From the NCBI GenBank assembly GCA_027923505.1, contig BROI01000014.1, positions 682,001 through 746,000 of the forward strand: a DNA stretch of 64,000 nucleotides. Direction: 5' to 3'. Made by a program: the position numbers and the translations under genes. Position 1 is the first letter of the stretch. Each line of letters begins with the position of its first letter. Under the pieces are notes generated by a model. That model worked only from the letters and a program-made list of their open reading frames with translations, was not told where the DNA came from and made no database searches. The stretch is from Mayamaea pseudoterrestris (taxonomy: Eukaryota). This document shows, piece by piece, positions 1 through 12,631 of this stretch.

Positions 1-624
1 ATTGATGAAGTCGATCATCTTAATATTCAAAAGCAAGGAACACAAGGTCTCCTCGATCCGGACGACGACGGTGGCTGCACCGTAGCCGTTAGAACCCAAG
101 CGAAGTTGCTTTTGATTGTCGAATGTGCCGCACCATTTGATGATGCTCCTGCCATGCGCGTGGCATTTACAACTGATGGTGGCGAGTACCATGAGTATCC
201 ATTGCGCCTTCCTATCGTCGCAACTTGCTTCATGGAACCTGTTTCCCTTGAGCCTCAGCCATTTATGCAGCGATGGAAGAGTCTAGAGGGTCAGGATCGC
301 GAGTGTCAAGAGGTCATAAAGGCGCCGCCAAATGCTCCTCCCATTGACGAAGAGTACATGGAACGAATCTCGGCAATTGTCACGGACGGACTAAAATTCG
401 GGCGTTGTCCTGGTTGCGATCCAACACCCTGGACCGTCTCGGGAGCTGCGACATTTCGGACTGTGGCAAAAGATGCGAATGGCAACAACATTAATGTCGG
501 CTGTTTGGTTCGCGTTGAAGCCAATCCGCAGGCTGGAGCATTCCGAGTCACAACACGAACCCTGCATCCGTTATGCTCCAAAGCGATTAAGAACGTTGCA
601 CTTGTGAGCATAAAACTGGCTTAA
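1..624 (+). CDS. 3' part of AP-2 adaptor complex alpha subunit (alpha-adaptin appendage/platform domain); 5'-truncated by window
   Basis: Frame open from base 1 to TAA 622-624; LRLPIVATCFMEP..FMQRWKSL and GCLVRVEANPQAGAFRVTTRT match the alpha-adaptin ear platform pattern. Confidence 0.8.
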   Translation: MDEVDHLNIQKQGTQGLLDPDDDGGCTVAVRTQAKLLLIVECAAPFDDAPAMRVAFTTDGGEYHEYPLRLPIVATCFMEPVSLEPQPFMQRWKSLEGQDRECQEVIKAPPNAPPIDEEYMERISAIVTDGLKFGRCPGCDPTPWTVSGAATFRTVAKDANGNNINVGCLVRVEANPQAGAFRVTTRTLHPLCSKAIKNVALVSIKLA

Positions 625-681
625 GGACGCAAGTGTCGCATGTAGCATTTAAGTCGCATGCTATATTGTACCAATGTTAGT

Positions 682-3120
682 CTATGCGTTATGTAATATG
701 CTGGAGGCTTGAGCTAGAGACGCACGAAGACCCCAGTAGTTCAGTTGCAGAGCTGACTCTGTCATCTCCACATTGTGTATACGATTCTTCAGAGCTTTTA
801 ATGTATTTGTCATCTCGGCATCAAAGTCACTTTGCGTGGCAAAGTCGCCGTAGCCTTTACTGTCGACAAGCCGCTTTATTTCAGGCGGCAGACTTTCAAA
901 TGGATATGTTGCCTTCGTGCCACGCACTTTGTTTTTCGACAAAAGGCTTTCGATCTTCTCCCATAATAACGGTTCGTCGTACCAAATACAGTTGCCACCC
1001 TCGTCAAAATCCCTCGTGTCCGAAAGAGGCGGTTTCTCGCCCTTCCGGCACATCCAAACCCTTTCCTTAACTGCGCTTACGAAGCTGATAGTAAGACCCA
1101 TGCGTTCAGCTCGCCCGACTCTCCCACAGCGATGAATGTAGACCTCCGGTGTATCCGGTAGAGTCATGTTGATGACAAACGGCAGACCCTGAATGTCAAT
1201 TCCGCGAGCTGCAACGTCTGTCGCGAGGAGAATGCGTACAGTCCTCAATTTGAATTTCTCAAGACTTTCCTTCCGCTCCTGCATCCTCCGCATACCCGCC
1301 AGCACCGCAAAGCTGTACTTTTCAACGTATCCTTTTCCATCGGTTTGGCTCAAGCTTTTCAAGTACTTTTCGGTTTGATTACAATCTAAATTTGTTCGAC
1401 AGAATACCAACACTTGGTCCATGTCAAACCTATCAATCGTCTCGAGAAGTAAACGCATCTTCACCTGCTTAATCTTTTCGCTGTTAGCTTCTTCATCATC
1501 AAGCCCATCAAAAGAGACCGGCGCTTCCAAGTTCCCGCCTCGATGGACGCTGTCTGTTTGCAGCAGATGCGCACTAGAGTCAAATGCAGACGGATGAACT
1601 TCAATTACAAAATGATGAACTGTCTCGGGAAGAATACTGTCATTTTGTTTTAACTTTATCCACGTTGGCCGGTGACAGAGGGTGCCAGCCAGTTCTTGCA
1701 CCTGCTTACTTTCAAGAGTTGCCGAGAAGAAGCACACTTGGAGACGTTCAAATCGGGAAGTAATTTGGTTGCTGGCGACGAGTAACCTTCCATAGATGGA
1801 CTTGATGCCTTTGATCGACTCTTTATTGCTAATTAGCTCGTCTGCTTCATCTAATACCAGGATACGCCCGTTCGATGTCTGGATTGTTCCCTTTTTCACA
1901 TAAGACGCCATGATAGGCGGAGTGCCGACGATGATATCTACCAGTCCTTCCTTAAGCAGATCAATTGTGACTCTCGGATTGATCCCGCCCACAAGCAGTG
2001 CAGCTTTTAATTTAGGTTCGGCGACTCTGTCACACAATGCATCAAAGACTCGAAAAGTCTGCTCAGCCATGTCTCTAGTTGGTTCGATGACGATGGCTAC
2101 AGGACCAGTGTTTTCAGTTGCTGAAGCATGTGCGTCACGAGGATTTTGCACAACACTATCGTCGGAGAGGGACGCAAGAGCTTCATGCGTCGACGGCAAA
2201 GAATGTGACATGCTATCAGAAGCAAATTTGAAGCTGCATTGACAGTTCTTGAGGCAAACTGAGGGGAACAATGCTGCTTCTTCATTTGTTAGAGATAGCT
2301 TCATTGAAAATGCTACTCCAAGTGGCTCCCCGTTCTTGCTGAACGAAACTTCCGCTGTTTCGTCATCAGTGTACAACAGGTGACATCCTATGACATCGTC
2401 TTTTCCATATAGTTTACTGGTAGCCGCTTCCACAGCTTTTCGATCAGCTACTACCGGTAGTGATGGGGTTGTAATCTCGATTCCCAACATTTCTCCGCTG
2501 GTGGCGTCTACCATGGCTGCGTCCTCCACAGTCGATAATTCTTCTTCGACTGGATATGGCTCGTACTTTCCGTGAAAAACTTTAAATCCAGTAGATCCGT
2601 ATCCCCAGCCTTCATTATCCGTTCCGAGCAGCAACGATGCGTCAGAAGTTGCCCAACCCACTCGAAGAGTTCCTTCGTCACCGAGCATTTTGCATTCGAA
2701 CGAGAGCACCTTCCGTGAAGACTTTGAAGTGACACCCAAAGTTGCCCGACATCCGGCCCATTTATTCGTATCTCGGTTTTGAATGACAAGACCTTCGCTC
2801 TCTGGTTTAACTGCCACCAGCTTGTCCCGATCAAGTGCTGACATGCGCCATTTAGATGGCTGCGATTCCACCTTGGCCTTTTTCGTCACCTTGAACTTGC
2901 TTGCTTGCTCTTTAATTTCGGCGCACAATTGCACGACCGGCAAAGCAAAGGCTGCAGTTTTCCCAGAGCCTGTTTCTGCCGAAGCCATGACATCGCCTCC
3001 GCCCAAAATCAAGGGAATCGCCTCGTCCTGAATCGCAGTCGGCAGAAGCCACTCAAAATCTTCTTCGACCGTCTGCACAAGCTCATCCAGTAATCCCAAC
3101 GAAGCCCAACCTCCTGACAT
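682..3120 (-). CDS. DDX1: DEAD-box RNA helicase DDX1 (SPRY-domain insertion)
   Basis: 812-aa ORF: PTAIQDEAIPLILGGGDVMASAETGSGKT, SPRY-like insert (RVGWAT..LGTD..GWGYG), PTRD, DEAD, SAT, ARGID, HRCGRVGR. Confidence 0.93.
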   Translation of the reverse strand: MSGGWASLGLLDELVQTVEEDFEWLLPTAIQDEAIPLILGGGDVMASAETGSGKTAAFALPVVQLCAEIKEQASKFKVTKKAKVESQPSKWRMSALDRDKLVAVKPESEGLVIQNRDTNKWAGCRATLGVTSKSSRKVLSFECKMLGDEGTLRVGWATSDASLLLGTDNEGWGYGSTGFKVFHGKYEPYPVEEELSTVEDAAMVDATSGEMLGIEITTPSLPVVADRKAVEAATSKLYGKDDVIGCHLLYTDDETAEVSFSKNGEPLGVAFSMKLSLTNEEAALFPSVCLKNCQCSFKFASDSMSHSLPSTHEALASLSDDSVVQNPRDAHASATENTGPVAIVIEPTRDMAEQTFRVFDALCDRVAEPKLKAALLVGGINPRVTIDLLKEGLVDIIVGTPPIMASYVKKGTIQTSNGRILVLDEADELISNKESIKGIKSIYGRLLVASNQITSRFERLQVCFFSATLESKQVQELAGTLCHRPTWIKLKQNDSILPETVHHFVIEVHPSAFDSSAHLLQTDSVHRGGNLEAPVSFDGLDDEEANSEKIKQVKMRLLLETIDRFDMDQVLVFCRTNLDCNQTEKYLKSLSQTDGKGYVEKYSFAVLAGMRRMQERKESLEKFKLRTVRILLATDVAARGIDIQGLPFVINMTLPDTPEVYIHRCGRVGRAERMGLTISFVSAVKERVWMCRKGEKPPLSDTRDFDEGGNCIWYDEPLLWEKIESLLSKNKVRGTKATYPFESLPPEIKRLVDSKGYGDFATQSDFDAEMTNTLKALKNRIHNVEMTESALQLNYWGLRASLAQASSILHNA

Positions 3121-4994
3121 GTTGAGGTACTTTATAATATGTGTCGCTTAACTTTGAATGCTTGAGCGGGCACAAGTATACTGTTATTGGTGGTCGAGTG
3201 TTTGCAATCGAGGAAGGATGCATAATCGCCATGTCGTAGAAGTACCGCTACGACGCGAGCTTTCGCGCGAAACGCATCTTGCTCTTACATCGAGCCGCAT
3301 GTTCCTTTCCCGTGTTTATCAAACCACCATTTTGACGATCATAAAGCATGCAACCTATGTATAATCGTCAAGTCTAGCGTAGCTTCCTCTGGCTCATGAG
3401 TCCTCGTTGGACGCAGCCATCAAAACATCCGTATATACGTTTGTCCTCTCCAATTTCTAGCTGGCATTAGGCTTATTTCGCAGCGCATACATGCATTTCG
3501 AGCTAAACCATGGAGATCGACCGTGAGCAGTCGCGTAGCCGCCTACATAGGAATCGACATTGGGTGGCCCTCCGATGCCTCCAAGCGGACCTCTTGCGCG
3601 ATCGCCAATGCCGTCTTTCATCGGCATAACAAGACACACAAGAAGCTGTGTCAGCTAGAGGTCACATTTTCGTTGACGACGTCAAGCGTATGCATACTAC
3701 ATACTTTACGGTAAGCTAGAACTCTGCGCGAAGGAAGGAGCGCAAAGCTCGCGGCATTGGAGCAGCCTCGATGTTTGGTTGGCTCGTCCCAGTTCCTAAT
3801 GGGAAGTTGACGAATGATCCATGGAAATCTGGCCAAGCAGGTGCCAAGATGGGTGGTCGCCGAAAAAGCTCGTAAAATCCCATGGTGACGGGACGTTGGT
3901 AACGATGCGAAAGGGCCGGAGGCAAAAAAAGATCGACCTCTCGCAAGGCTTCGTTCGGTTTCTCCGTGTGACTTCAACTCCAGATGTACTATGACAGTAA
4001 AAGTAGCAACACAATGTGTCTTTAGTATTGCCTAACATGCGTGGACCGATTTGATTGGTCAGTAAGGCGGCGATTCAAAAATTCATTCGGGAGCGCCTGG
4101 GAGTATCCTGGCAAGGCCTGCGCTGACGATCGTCATGCAGTTTCTCATCTTCATGCCACAAATCCACAAATTAAAAAAGTTGGGAAAAAATGTAAGTGGC
4201 GAAATGGAGTAAGAGGAGGATGGTTTGTGATTCCTCCTGTCCGCTAGAGTTGCACATTCGGTAGTGGAGTCTCTTGAGTATGTGAGGGAAAAGGTTTCGC
4301 GTCTGAAGGTCCTTTTGCTGCCGAGATTCGACTCTCGTTCCGATGTTCGATTGTTCGTTCCGTTTTAATCGAACCCTTTGCGGTGACCTGGCGTATCGGA
4401 GCCAAAAAAGCCGACTGGAACCTGCTTTATCGCCACAAGTCTCGTAAAGGAGCATGTTTATTAGTTGCGTCGAACGCATTGATTGCAAGTCATTGGCGTG
4501 GTTCTGCTCGGGTCTTCGCGCACTTTACGGAACATGTGTGTCGCCCATTGCGTCCTGGGAGCACCTGCGACATGACGGAATGTCTTCGCTACGGCCATTT
4601 GGAGTGGCTAGCAGCGAAAGCGCCCCCAAGGTGGCATGCTGCGTCGATTGCTTGCTTGGGTTGGTGTCAGCCATCCGAACACTGGATCTTTGGTGTGCAT
4701 GCCAACGAAAAAGGCGACCTCTTGGACCTCATTCGAACTCTTTCGAGGCACGCCAGTGGCTGGTTGGTCCGGAACACACTCGACGCCAGAACACAGTTGC
4801 TTGCTATCATACATGCAAAGCGCTTGCTTGAAGACTTTCATTGAGCTGCTGCCTTGTTGAGTTTTCGTTTCTCGACTGCGTGCCGATTGCCGATCCCTCC
4901 ATTCGATTATTCTTTGCGACGAGGCCCTTTTGCCATGAACCTTTTTCTCATACCTTTTGCTCTTCCCATCTTGCCTCAGATTTATGATATTACG

Positions 4995-6428
4995 ATGTTC
5001 AAGTCAATTACTTTGTTCTGCGCCCTTTGCTGTATTGGCTGTTCCAATGCACTTTTAACCAACCCCATGACGGCGTCGACGACGACCAAGTCACCGACGA
5101 TCAAGCCGACGATCAACCCCATTGGGTAAGTCTTTCGCTGGCTCTCTCGATGCGGCGTTACAATTCGCATTGCTAACATCAACGTCCCCTCCATTTGCAG
5201 CGTTCCCGACCGCGCCTATGTCACGAACGACATTAAGACACCCGACCCGATTCCCATTGAAGGGCAGGAGGGAGCACTCGAGCTCATGCGATCAGGCCGC
5301 CTTTATCGCTACAATGTCGCCCCTGGCGAGGACAGTGTCGTTTCTCTATGTGAAAAGGAGATTGTCGCATACACGGGTCACAAGTACTGCGTTGCCTTAA
5401 ATTCTTGTGGATCGGCGCTCATGCTTTTGCTCAAGACGACCGGCCTTCCAGTTGGTGGCAAGGTTATTAGCAACGCGTTTACCTTTGGAGCAGTTCCAAG
5501 TGCGATTGAGCACGCTGGTGGCAAGGCCGTTTACGTTGAATCGACAATGGACATGATTATTGACACTGAGGATTTGGAAAAGAAGCTCAAGAGCAACCCT
5601 GACTGCAAACACGTCCTTATTTCGCACATGCGTGGAAAGGTTGCCGACATGGACACGATTAAGCACCTATGTGACAAGTACGATGCCATTCTCCTCGAAG
5701 ATTGCGCTCACTCATTGGGCGTTCAATACAAGAACAAACACTCTGGTCACCACGGAATTGCATGCGCCATTAGCGCTCAGTCGTACAAGATGATCAACTC
5801 TGGCGAGGGTGGTTTCCTTTTGACGGACGACGCTGACATTGCCGCCCAAACAGCCGTGTACGCTGGTGCTTACGAGGGACTTTCGGCCAAGCACGCCACT
5901 GTGCCGCCCAAGGAGGCTTTCAAGGATTACCCAGTCACCATTCCAAACTACTCACTCCGCATGAGCAACCTTGCCGCCGCCGTCATTCGTCCGCAAATCA
6001 AGACTCTGGACGAGCGAATCGCCAAATACAATGCACGATATGTCGCCCTGGTCAATGATTTGGAGAACCGCGTCGGCGATCACATGTACATTCCTCAGTT
6101 GGACTCGGGCGTCTCGCTCATGGTGCATGACTCTGTTCAGTTTTGCCTCGACGCCAAGTTTACACCCACGATGCTGCAAGAGTTTTTGGACGAGTGCAGC
6201 GACCATGGCCTTCCCGTTGAGAACTTTGGCCACAAAACAAATGCCCGAAATTTTGTCAACTGGGGATTTGCGCCGGCCGAGGACCCACTCCCCAAGACGG
6301 CGACCATGTTGTCGCGCGCATGTGACGTTAGAATGCCTTTGATGTGGGAGGATGAGGATTTTGAAGACATGGCCAACGTCCTTGTCGAAAGCATTGAAAA
6401 GGTCCTTGGCGACCATGGCATGCTCTAG
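4995..6428 (+). CDS. PLP-dependent DegT/DnrJ/EryC1/StrS-family aminotransferase with N-terminal signal/transit peptide; exons 4995-5125, 5201-6428
   Basis: GTAAGT..TTGCAG intron 5126-5200 joins frames; motifs ALNSCGSAL, LLEDCAHSLG, SAQSYK (PLP lysine) INSGEGG. Confidence 0.85.
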
Positions 6429-6979
6429 AGTAAACGCTTGCCGTTATTTACATGGAAACGATACATGCATTGGGAAATTGATGATGCGACGTGTATCTGG
6501 TGGGCTTTCGTAGCATGCGCATGACTGACGGAGACAAGATTGGCAAGGCACTCGAGCGACGCACTTGGAAATCGTTGCCCATTCGACAAGTTCAACTTAA
6601 ACTTATAGTATAACAAACTGTTTACTGCTGTTAGCTGTTATATCTTAACTACTAATCCCTAGTTCTTCTACCGATTCTGTTTCTGGTGCTGCGCATCGAC
6701 GTCGCCTTGGCACCACCCTATTTTTTCTATCTTGATATCAAACATCGTTGACTCCCACATCCGCGTGTTTGCGCCCATTTGATATCATTAGAGAAGCCTA
6801 CGAGATTTAACTGATTTATCATGCTGCTTTAACCTTCACTACCTTGCCAATAATACGAGCGAGGCGAAAAGCGAAACAGACGTCCTTAGCTTCTGTCGCT
6901 TCGGTTCTAAACTTTGGAAACGGCAGGCGTCGCTGCGCGAACAAGGACCACAACAAAACAGTATTCGGGATCAACCACC

Positions 6980-7707
6980 ATGTCTTTAATTGGCCTTGCT
7001 CTAATTGGAAGAACGAATGAACCTATCTATTTGTGCGATTGTGCGCGAATCGTTAGAGATAAAGATTTGGAGTTGTCGCAAGCCGTGGACGAGACGGCAT
7101 CATCATCAGCAACAAAAGCAGTGTCACAACATTCATCCGACGACTCGGTAGGAGTAAACGATCCATTTGGAATTGCAGCCTTAACACGAGATGCCGGTAT
7201 GCGAGAGAGTCTAGGTTTTGAGCATCGGCTTATGATTCACTCTGCCCTGGATCAATTGGAAGAGTCGGTCAATACAACATCCGTTGGCTTGCCAGTCCTT
7301 GCCCGAAACGCAGGAGCCGGTGGATTTCTTGGCGTCCTGTCTAGAATCGACGAGGACAAGTCGGTGTTTGGCTACATTACAGCTACAAACATCAAGCTTC
7401 TTCTCTTGACGGAATCATCGGCGAAGGAAGCAGATATACGGACGTTACTGTCGGACGTTCATGAGCTTTATGTGCGAGTAAGTAGTTGTCTCGGCAACTG
7501 GTGACGACAGATAAAACTCTCTATTGAAGTGAAAATGGCCAGGCAATCTCACAAAAACATTCCTTCTCCTGCGCTTGCTTCTTTGTCCCCTTGCAGTATT
7601 GCTTGAACCCTCTCCGCGACATGAACTCCGACATTAGCAGCAAAGAGTTCGATAAAAGAATCTCCCAGACGGTGCGATTATACGAATCGAAACGAAAGTT
7701 TAATTAA
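6980..7707 (+). CDS. Sedlin/TRAPPC2-like trafficking protein; exons 6980-7477, 7597-7707
   Basis: ALIGRTNEPIYL N-terminus, HSALD, VFGYITATNIKLLL, HELYVR|YCLNP after GTAAGT..GCAG intron. Confidence 0.75.
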
Positions 7708-7733
7708 CAATTGGTATAATATATTGCAAAGTC

Positions 7734-9413
7734 TTACTGTTCGTCTGCATTTACCAATAGTTGTTGCACTTTAACTCGCTCCAAGCGTTCTTCAATCGCA
7801 TGCGACAATTGCCGCTGCGCCGCGTCATTATCGTTCAAAGGAGCGGATTTGACCTTGCCCATGGCCACCACTGCGCAATCCTGCGAGTGTTCATAGCCAT
7901 CATCAACTGACCAAACGTTCTCGCCAACTTCCATCATGTCCAAATCGTCATCGGAAAAGAGCAAGTCATCATCCGGAGTAATATCCAGCAAATTTTCTTT
8001 TCTAACATCAACTGGTCCCAGCGTGCAAACTGGAACATCCAAGCCATACGTCGGATCAGAGTTGAAGGAGCAATCCACTTCGTCGCTAGTCTCCACATCA
8101 TTTTCAAGATATTGGCAGCCTTCCAAAGATACAGCTACGGAATCCAAGTCTTGCGCCAAATTGCGCCCAATCACCGACTCGGTAGATGGCGGCGTCGATG
8201 GAGACAAGGAAGGACTTACTTCAACAATCGTACCCGATACATGCTCGCAACGAAAAGGCGCTTTATGCGGTGGAGTGAGGCATTGTACACCAATTGACTC
8301 TGATTCCGACACTTCACCGTCCCAACGAGGAATAAAGCATTGATCACGCTCGCCGGGTTCGCCGCTCATGGAATGGGCACTCTCATTTGATCCAAGTTCC
8401 TCATCAAATATTGCTTCAATAATGCGGTCGAGCGGAAGTGTGCTACGGATCGACTGCGAGTCATCAAGAGAATCGGACGTCAAATCAGAAACCGACCACG
8501 TAACCGACGGGCTTCGAACATTCGTGTCGGTAACCATCCATCCAGGTTCAAGACCGTTGTTTGACTCCTCGTCGTGTAATTCCTGAAAGAACTGGCGGTG
8601 TTTGGTGTGGAGTTTAAACATTCCAAGTTTACCATCCGATTTGTCACGAGCCGCTGCACGCCGACGAATACACATGAGGTATGCAAGTCCGACAGTGATG
8701 GCGAATGAAACTGCGGCAGATGCCAGGGCGGCCCTGACTACAACGCTTGAGCTGGCGGCCGACTTTTGTTCCGCATTGTTCTCGTCCGAATCGGTGGTGA
8801 GAATGACGAGATTATCCCCAATAGGCTGTAGCAGCTCTGCTCGCGTAATATGCATTGTTGTTTGACTTTGTAAAGAAGCCGGCTCGTTCAAGGCACCGCC
8901 AATGACAAAATACGCCATTTGTTCCACCTCATCAACGTCCGTTCTTCTATCAAAAAGTATAGACGTGGTCCCTCGAAAGACACGGCACTCGGTGGAGTTT
9001 CCTTGGCGCGACGAACAGTCTCCTTCTAGAGTAGATGCATGTCAGAAAGGAAGACCAATTGCTTGACAGTCAACACCCGTTCGCACAAGCTTACCTTTCT
9101 TACTCGCTTCAACGCCCTTGAAAACTTGTACCGCATATTTCGGCCTGTCAAACGCATCACATTCGTCCAGCATATCGACGAGCTCAGAAGCAATGGCTCG
9201 CTCAACCCCTTCCAGATCCAGATTGCTATCAGCATGCCATTCAATAAGGTAGAGATAAGTAATATCAAGCCTTACACCGTAATTCTTGCGATGAGAGACG
9301 CTGCACTCCGACGATACTATTGTTTCATATGGTCGAGCTATAGGTGTCGTGTTAACAATGGTGCAAGATGCAGCAAGCAAAAAGACAAGCACTTGCCAAG
9401 GTCCCATGGTCAT
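7734..9413 (-). CDS. Hypothetical single-pass membrane protein (signal peptide, Cys-containing ectodomain, acidic tail); intron 9026-9094
   Basis: ORFs 9042-9413 and 7734-8927 join in frame through a GTAAGC..CTAG intron; hydrophobic N-terminus and TM segment AALASAAVSFAITVGLAYLMCI followed by RRR. Confidence 0.65.
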
Positions 9414-9547
9414 GACTTCTCAAAAATGAATGTAACGCAGAAGAGGGACGATTCTCCTCAAAATTGCTGCCCGCCGACTTTGAATGGAACTGATTTTCAT
9501 GTATGATGCAGTGAACGGATCGTGTGACAGCGAAAAATTAAATTTTT

Positions 9548-9837
9548 TCAAATGCATATTTCGCAAAATGATCCTTCACACATACATACACATCAACCGT
9601 AACAATGACTGCGCATGCTGTCGTCTCATCGTCCATACAATGTCATCAAGCCGTCTCATCTCCACAAGATCGTCGCCTTGCTCCTTCCATCGTCAAATGC
9701 ATATTTCGCAAAATGATCCTTCACACATACATCCACATCAACCGTAACAATGACTGCGCATACTGTCGTCTCATCGTCCATACAATGTCATCAAGCCATC
9801 TCATCCTCTACAAGCTCGTCGCCTTGCTCCTTCCATC
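9548..9837. repeat. Tandem duplication, two ~145-bp copies (9548-9691, 9693-9837)
   Basis: tcaaatgcatatttcgcaaaatgatccttcacacatac...gtcgccttgctccttccatc occurs twice with a few substitutions and small indels. Confidence 0.95.
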
Positions 9838-10687
9838 CGATTCCAAACTTTTCGCGAAAGACTACCTCCTCAATTGAAAGGCGTGGAGTCTTTGGTTCAT
9901 TCTCTGGTGTTTCGGACCATTCGTAACCAGTGGCAGCAATCATTGGGATGCTGTACCGATCCGGAATGTCAAGAATCTCCTTGACTCGCCGTGGATCAAT
10001 GCCTTCCATGAGCGCAGTCGCCAAATTATGCGAAGTTGCGGCCAGGACGAATTGCTGCACCAAAATGGATGTATTCTTTGACGCCCACACGGATATAGGC
10101 TCAATGGACGGCATCGGCTTTGCCAAGGAGAAGGCATCCATTGCAAGTTGTTTCATCAATGTCGCTGCGTGTCCTTCACCAAGCATGAACGCGGTTGAGA
10201 GTGGTAATGTTGCCATGTACGCAGGATGCCGCTGTCCCCATTCCCTTTCCAATTGGGCAATCCGAGAGATACGTTTACCAGCTTCCAGATCCGATAGAAA
10301 GACTGCCAAAAGGCTACAATCTCTGCACCGATACTGATTGCCGGGGCCAATCATGGCTTTCTGACTTAGTTGCTCTTTGATCGCCTGGTCGGAAACCATG
10401 ACGATTTGAGTTGGTTGAAGATTAAAGCTAGACGGAGATCTCTGCATATAAATTACGATAACAAGAGGTTAAATTCACATATCTTTGTCAAGCTCGAGGG
10501 TCGAGCGATGAGTCACAACTCGTCCGCGTATAAATATATCATTGTCCGAGGCATCATGACTCACTATTGTTGTCGCCAAAATATCACCCAGAACACTCTC
10601 GGGTATTAGTTTGTTTGGCTCGAAGCGCTTGCAGCTCACGCGAGCAGCGGCGAGGGCACGAAAGGCGTCGGAAGCGAGCATCGTCAT
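9791..10687 (-). CDS. Nitroreductase-family flavoprotein; exons 10565-10687, 9791-10441
   Basis: ARVSCKRF, then RSPSSFNLQP after GTGAGT..GCAG intron 10442-10564; LAATSHNLATALMEGID..IATGY. Confidence 0.85.
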
Positions 10688-10850
10688 GGTCAATTCTTGC
10701 GTTGTGGACGCGCCGCGCCGTCGCGCGCGTTTTTATCGGACCGGTACTAACTGATGACGCCAACAACACAATGTTCGACTGCAAGCAATGGAAGCGGGAT
10801 CTACTCGATGATTGAAACAGTTGCAAAGTCAAAACAACTTACAGATTCTA

Positions 10851-12568
10851 ATGCTTGATAGATCCATAGCATTGGCAAGATTTGCACCGACGCTGCGAGG
10901 TGCCAAACGGAAATTGGCTTCTGCAACATGCCGAACTTTGTCGTCGCAAATACTCCCTCCGATCATTGCACTTGAAGAGGCAGTTATCGGCTATCCAGAT
11001 GCCAAAACGAGGAGCTTGGGACCGTTCCATCTTTCAATTGCACATCCTTCGACGGGCGGTCATGTGCTGCTCGGAAAGAATGGATCGGGCAAGAGCCTCG
11101 TGGCATACACATTGGCGAGTCTTGCACTTGACGACGACGAATCGGCATACCTCCGTTCTGGCTCATTTTATACCGAAAGTAATTGGCACAAACGAGCAGT
11201 TGCAAAAGTTTCCTTTCAGTCTCATGAGGAGTTGCTTGCACGAGGCGGTACTGTGTCAAAGACGATATCCGATGGGGGCAACTTGTCCAAGGCTGCCAAG
11301 TTTCTCGTTGTTCGATTTGGTCTCTACCATCATTTGCATCGACAAGTCAACACGTGAGTTATGCAAAATATGTAGTTAGTTTTGTATGCATCAAATGACT
11401 TGTACGACTCAACCCAATCTGTTACTGTAGCCTATCGACAGGTGAGATTCGCAAGGTCTTGCTCATTCGAGCATTAGCGACTAGACCTCGGCTCCTCATT
11501 CTCGACAATGCGTTTGACGGCCTCGACATTGAGACGAGAGAGACTCTCAAAGACTTGGTCTCTCGCACCATTCAAGGGTTTCGTCCAGATATTCTAGTGC
11601 AGGCTGTGTCAGCCAAGGCAACCGCGCATACCCAAGTCTTACTCATGACGCATAGAGCGGAAGAGATTGTAAATGACATTCAGCATGTGACAATACTCAA
11701 CGATGACGGAAGTCTCAAGACGAAAGCCAGAAATAGAAGTAGCGGAGAGTCGCTGTTGAACCAAGCAATGGGAGTTGACGCTGAACCAATCTCACTGCCT
11801 AGTATATCAGAGATTCGGTCGTTCTGGGGCAAAGAACTGGAGTCTATCCCTGACACAACTGCCTTTATCCGTGTCAATGGGCTACAACTGGAAAAAGGCG
11901 ATGCAGTGCTACTCCGAAGCTTGAACTGGTCGGTGAAGCGGGGCGAGCGATGGTTGATCGCTGGAAGGAACGGTGCTGGCAAATCAACGCTCGGCCGTCT
12001 ATTGGCTATGCAGGACAATTTTATATCGAACGAACGTTTTTCGGTTCTTTCAAATAAAATCTCATGCGACAATCACCGAATTGGCGTAGGTTGGTGTTCG
12101 ACTGAGCTTCATCTCCAATTGACGCTTGAAAACAATGGACGAACTGTTCATAATGTGTTTGAACATGCAGGATCGACATCCATCGACACGTCAAATACGA
12201 TTCTTGCTTGGCTTGGATTCAACGATACGTCGTTCTCAACGCGTCTCTTTTCTAGCCTTTCTCAAGGACAGCAAAAACTTGTTTTGATTGGTTCGGCCAT
12301 TGCCAGCCGTCCCCACATTTTGGTCCTTGATGAAATTACGCAGGGTTTAGATTCCGTGCACCGAAAACGAGTGCTCTGCCTCTTGGAGCTAATTTGTGAA
12401 GCGACGCACGTTACTTTAGTGTATATTACACACCACCTTGAAGAGATATTGCCAAGCATAACTCATATCTTGCATCTCGTTCGAGGCGAAGCGGTGTACA
12501 ATGGACCCGTACAAGCATATGATGCGTCTGCTGCCAAGTCATTCGAACAATCAAAAGACGCTATATAA
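10851..12568 (+). CDS. Soluble twin-domain ABC ATPase, ModF-like; intron 11354-11430
   Basis: Two Walker A motifs (GKNGSGKS, GRNGAGKST), signatures LSTGE and LSQGQ, Walker B LILDN and LVLDE, H-loops; no TM domains. Confidence 0.85.
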
Positions 12569-12631
12569 TATACTGTAACTCAAACATGTAAACCTTATGG
12601 ACGTTTAATGGTAAAATGAGCTGGCAGTTGG

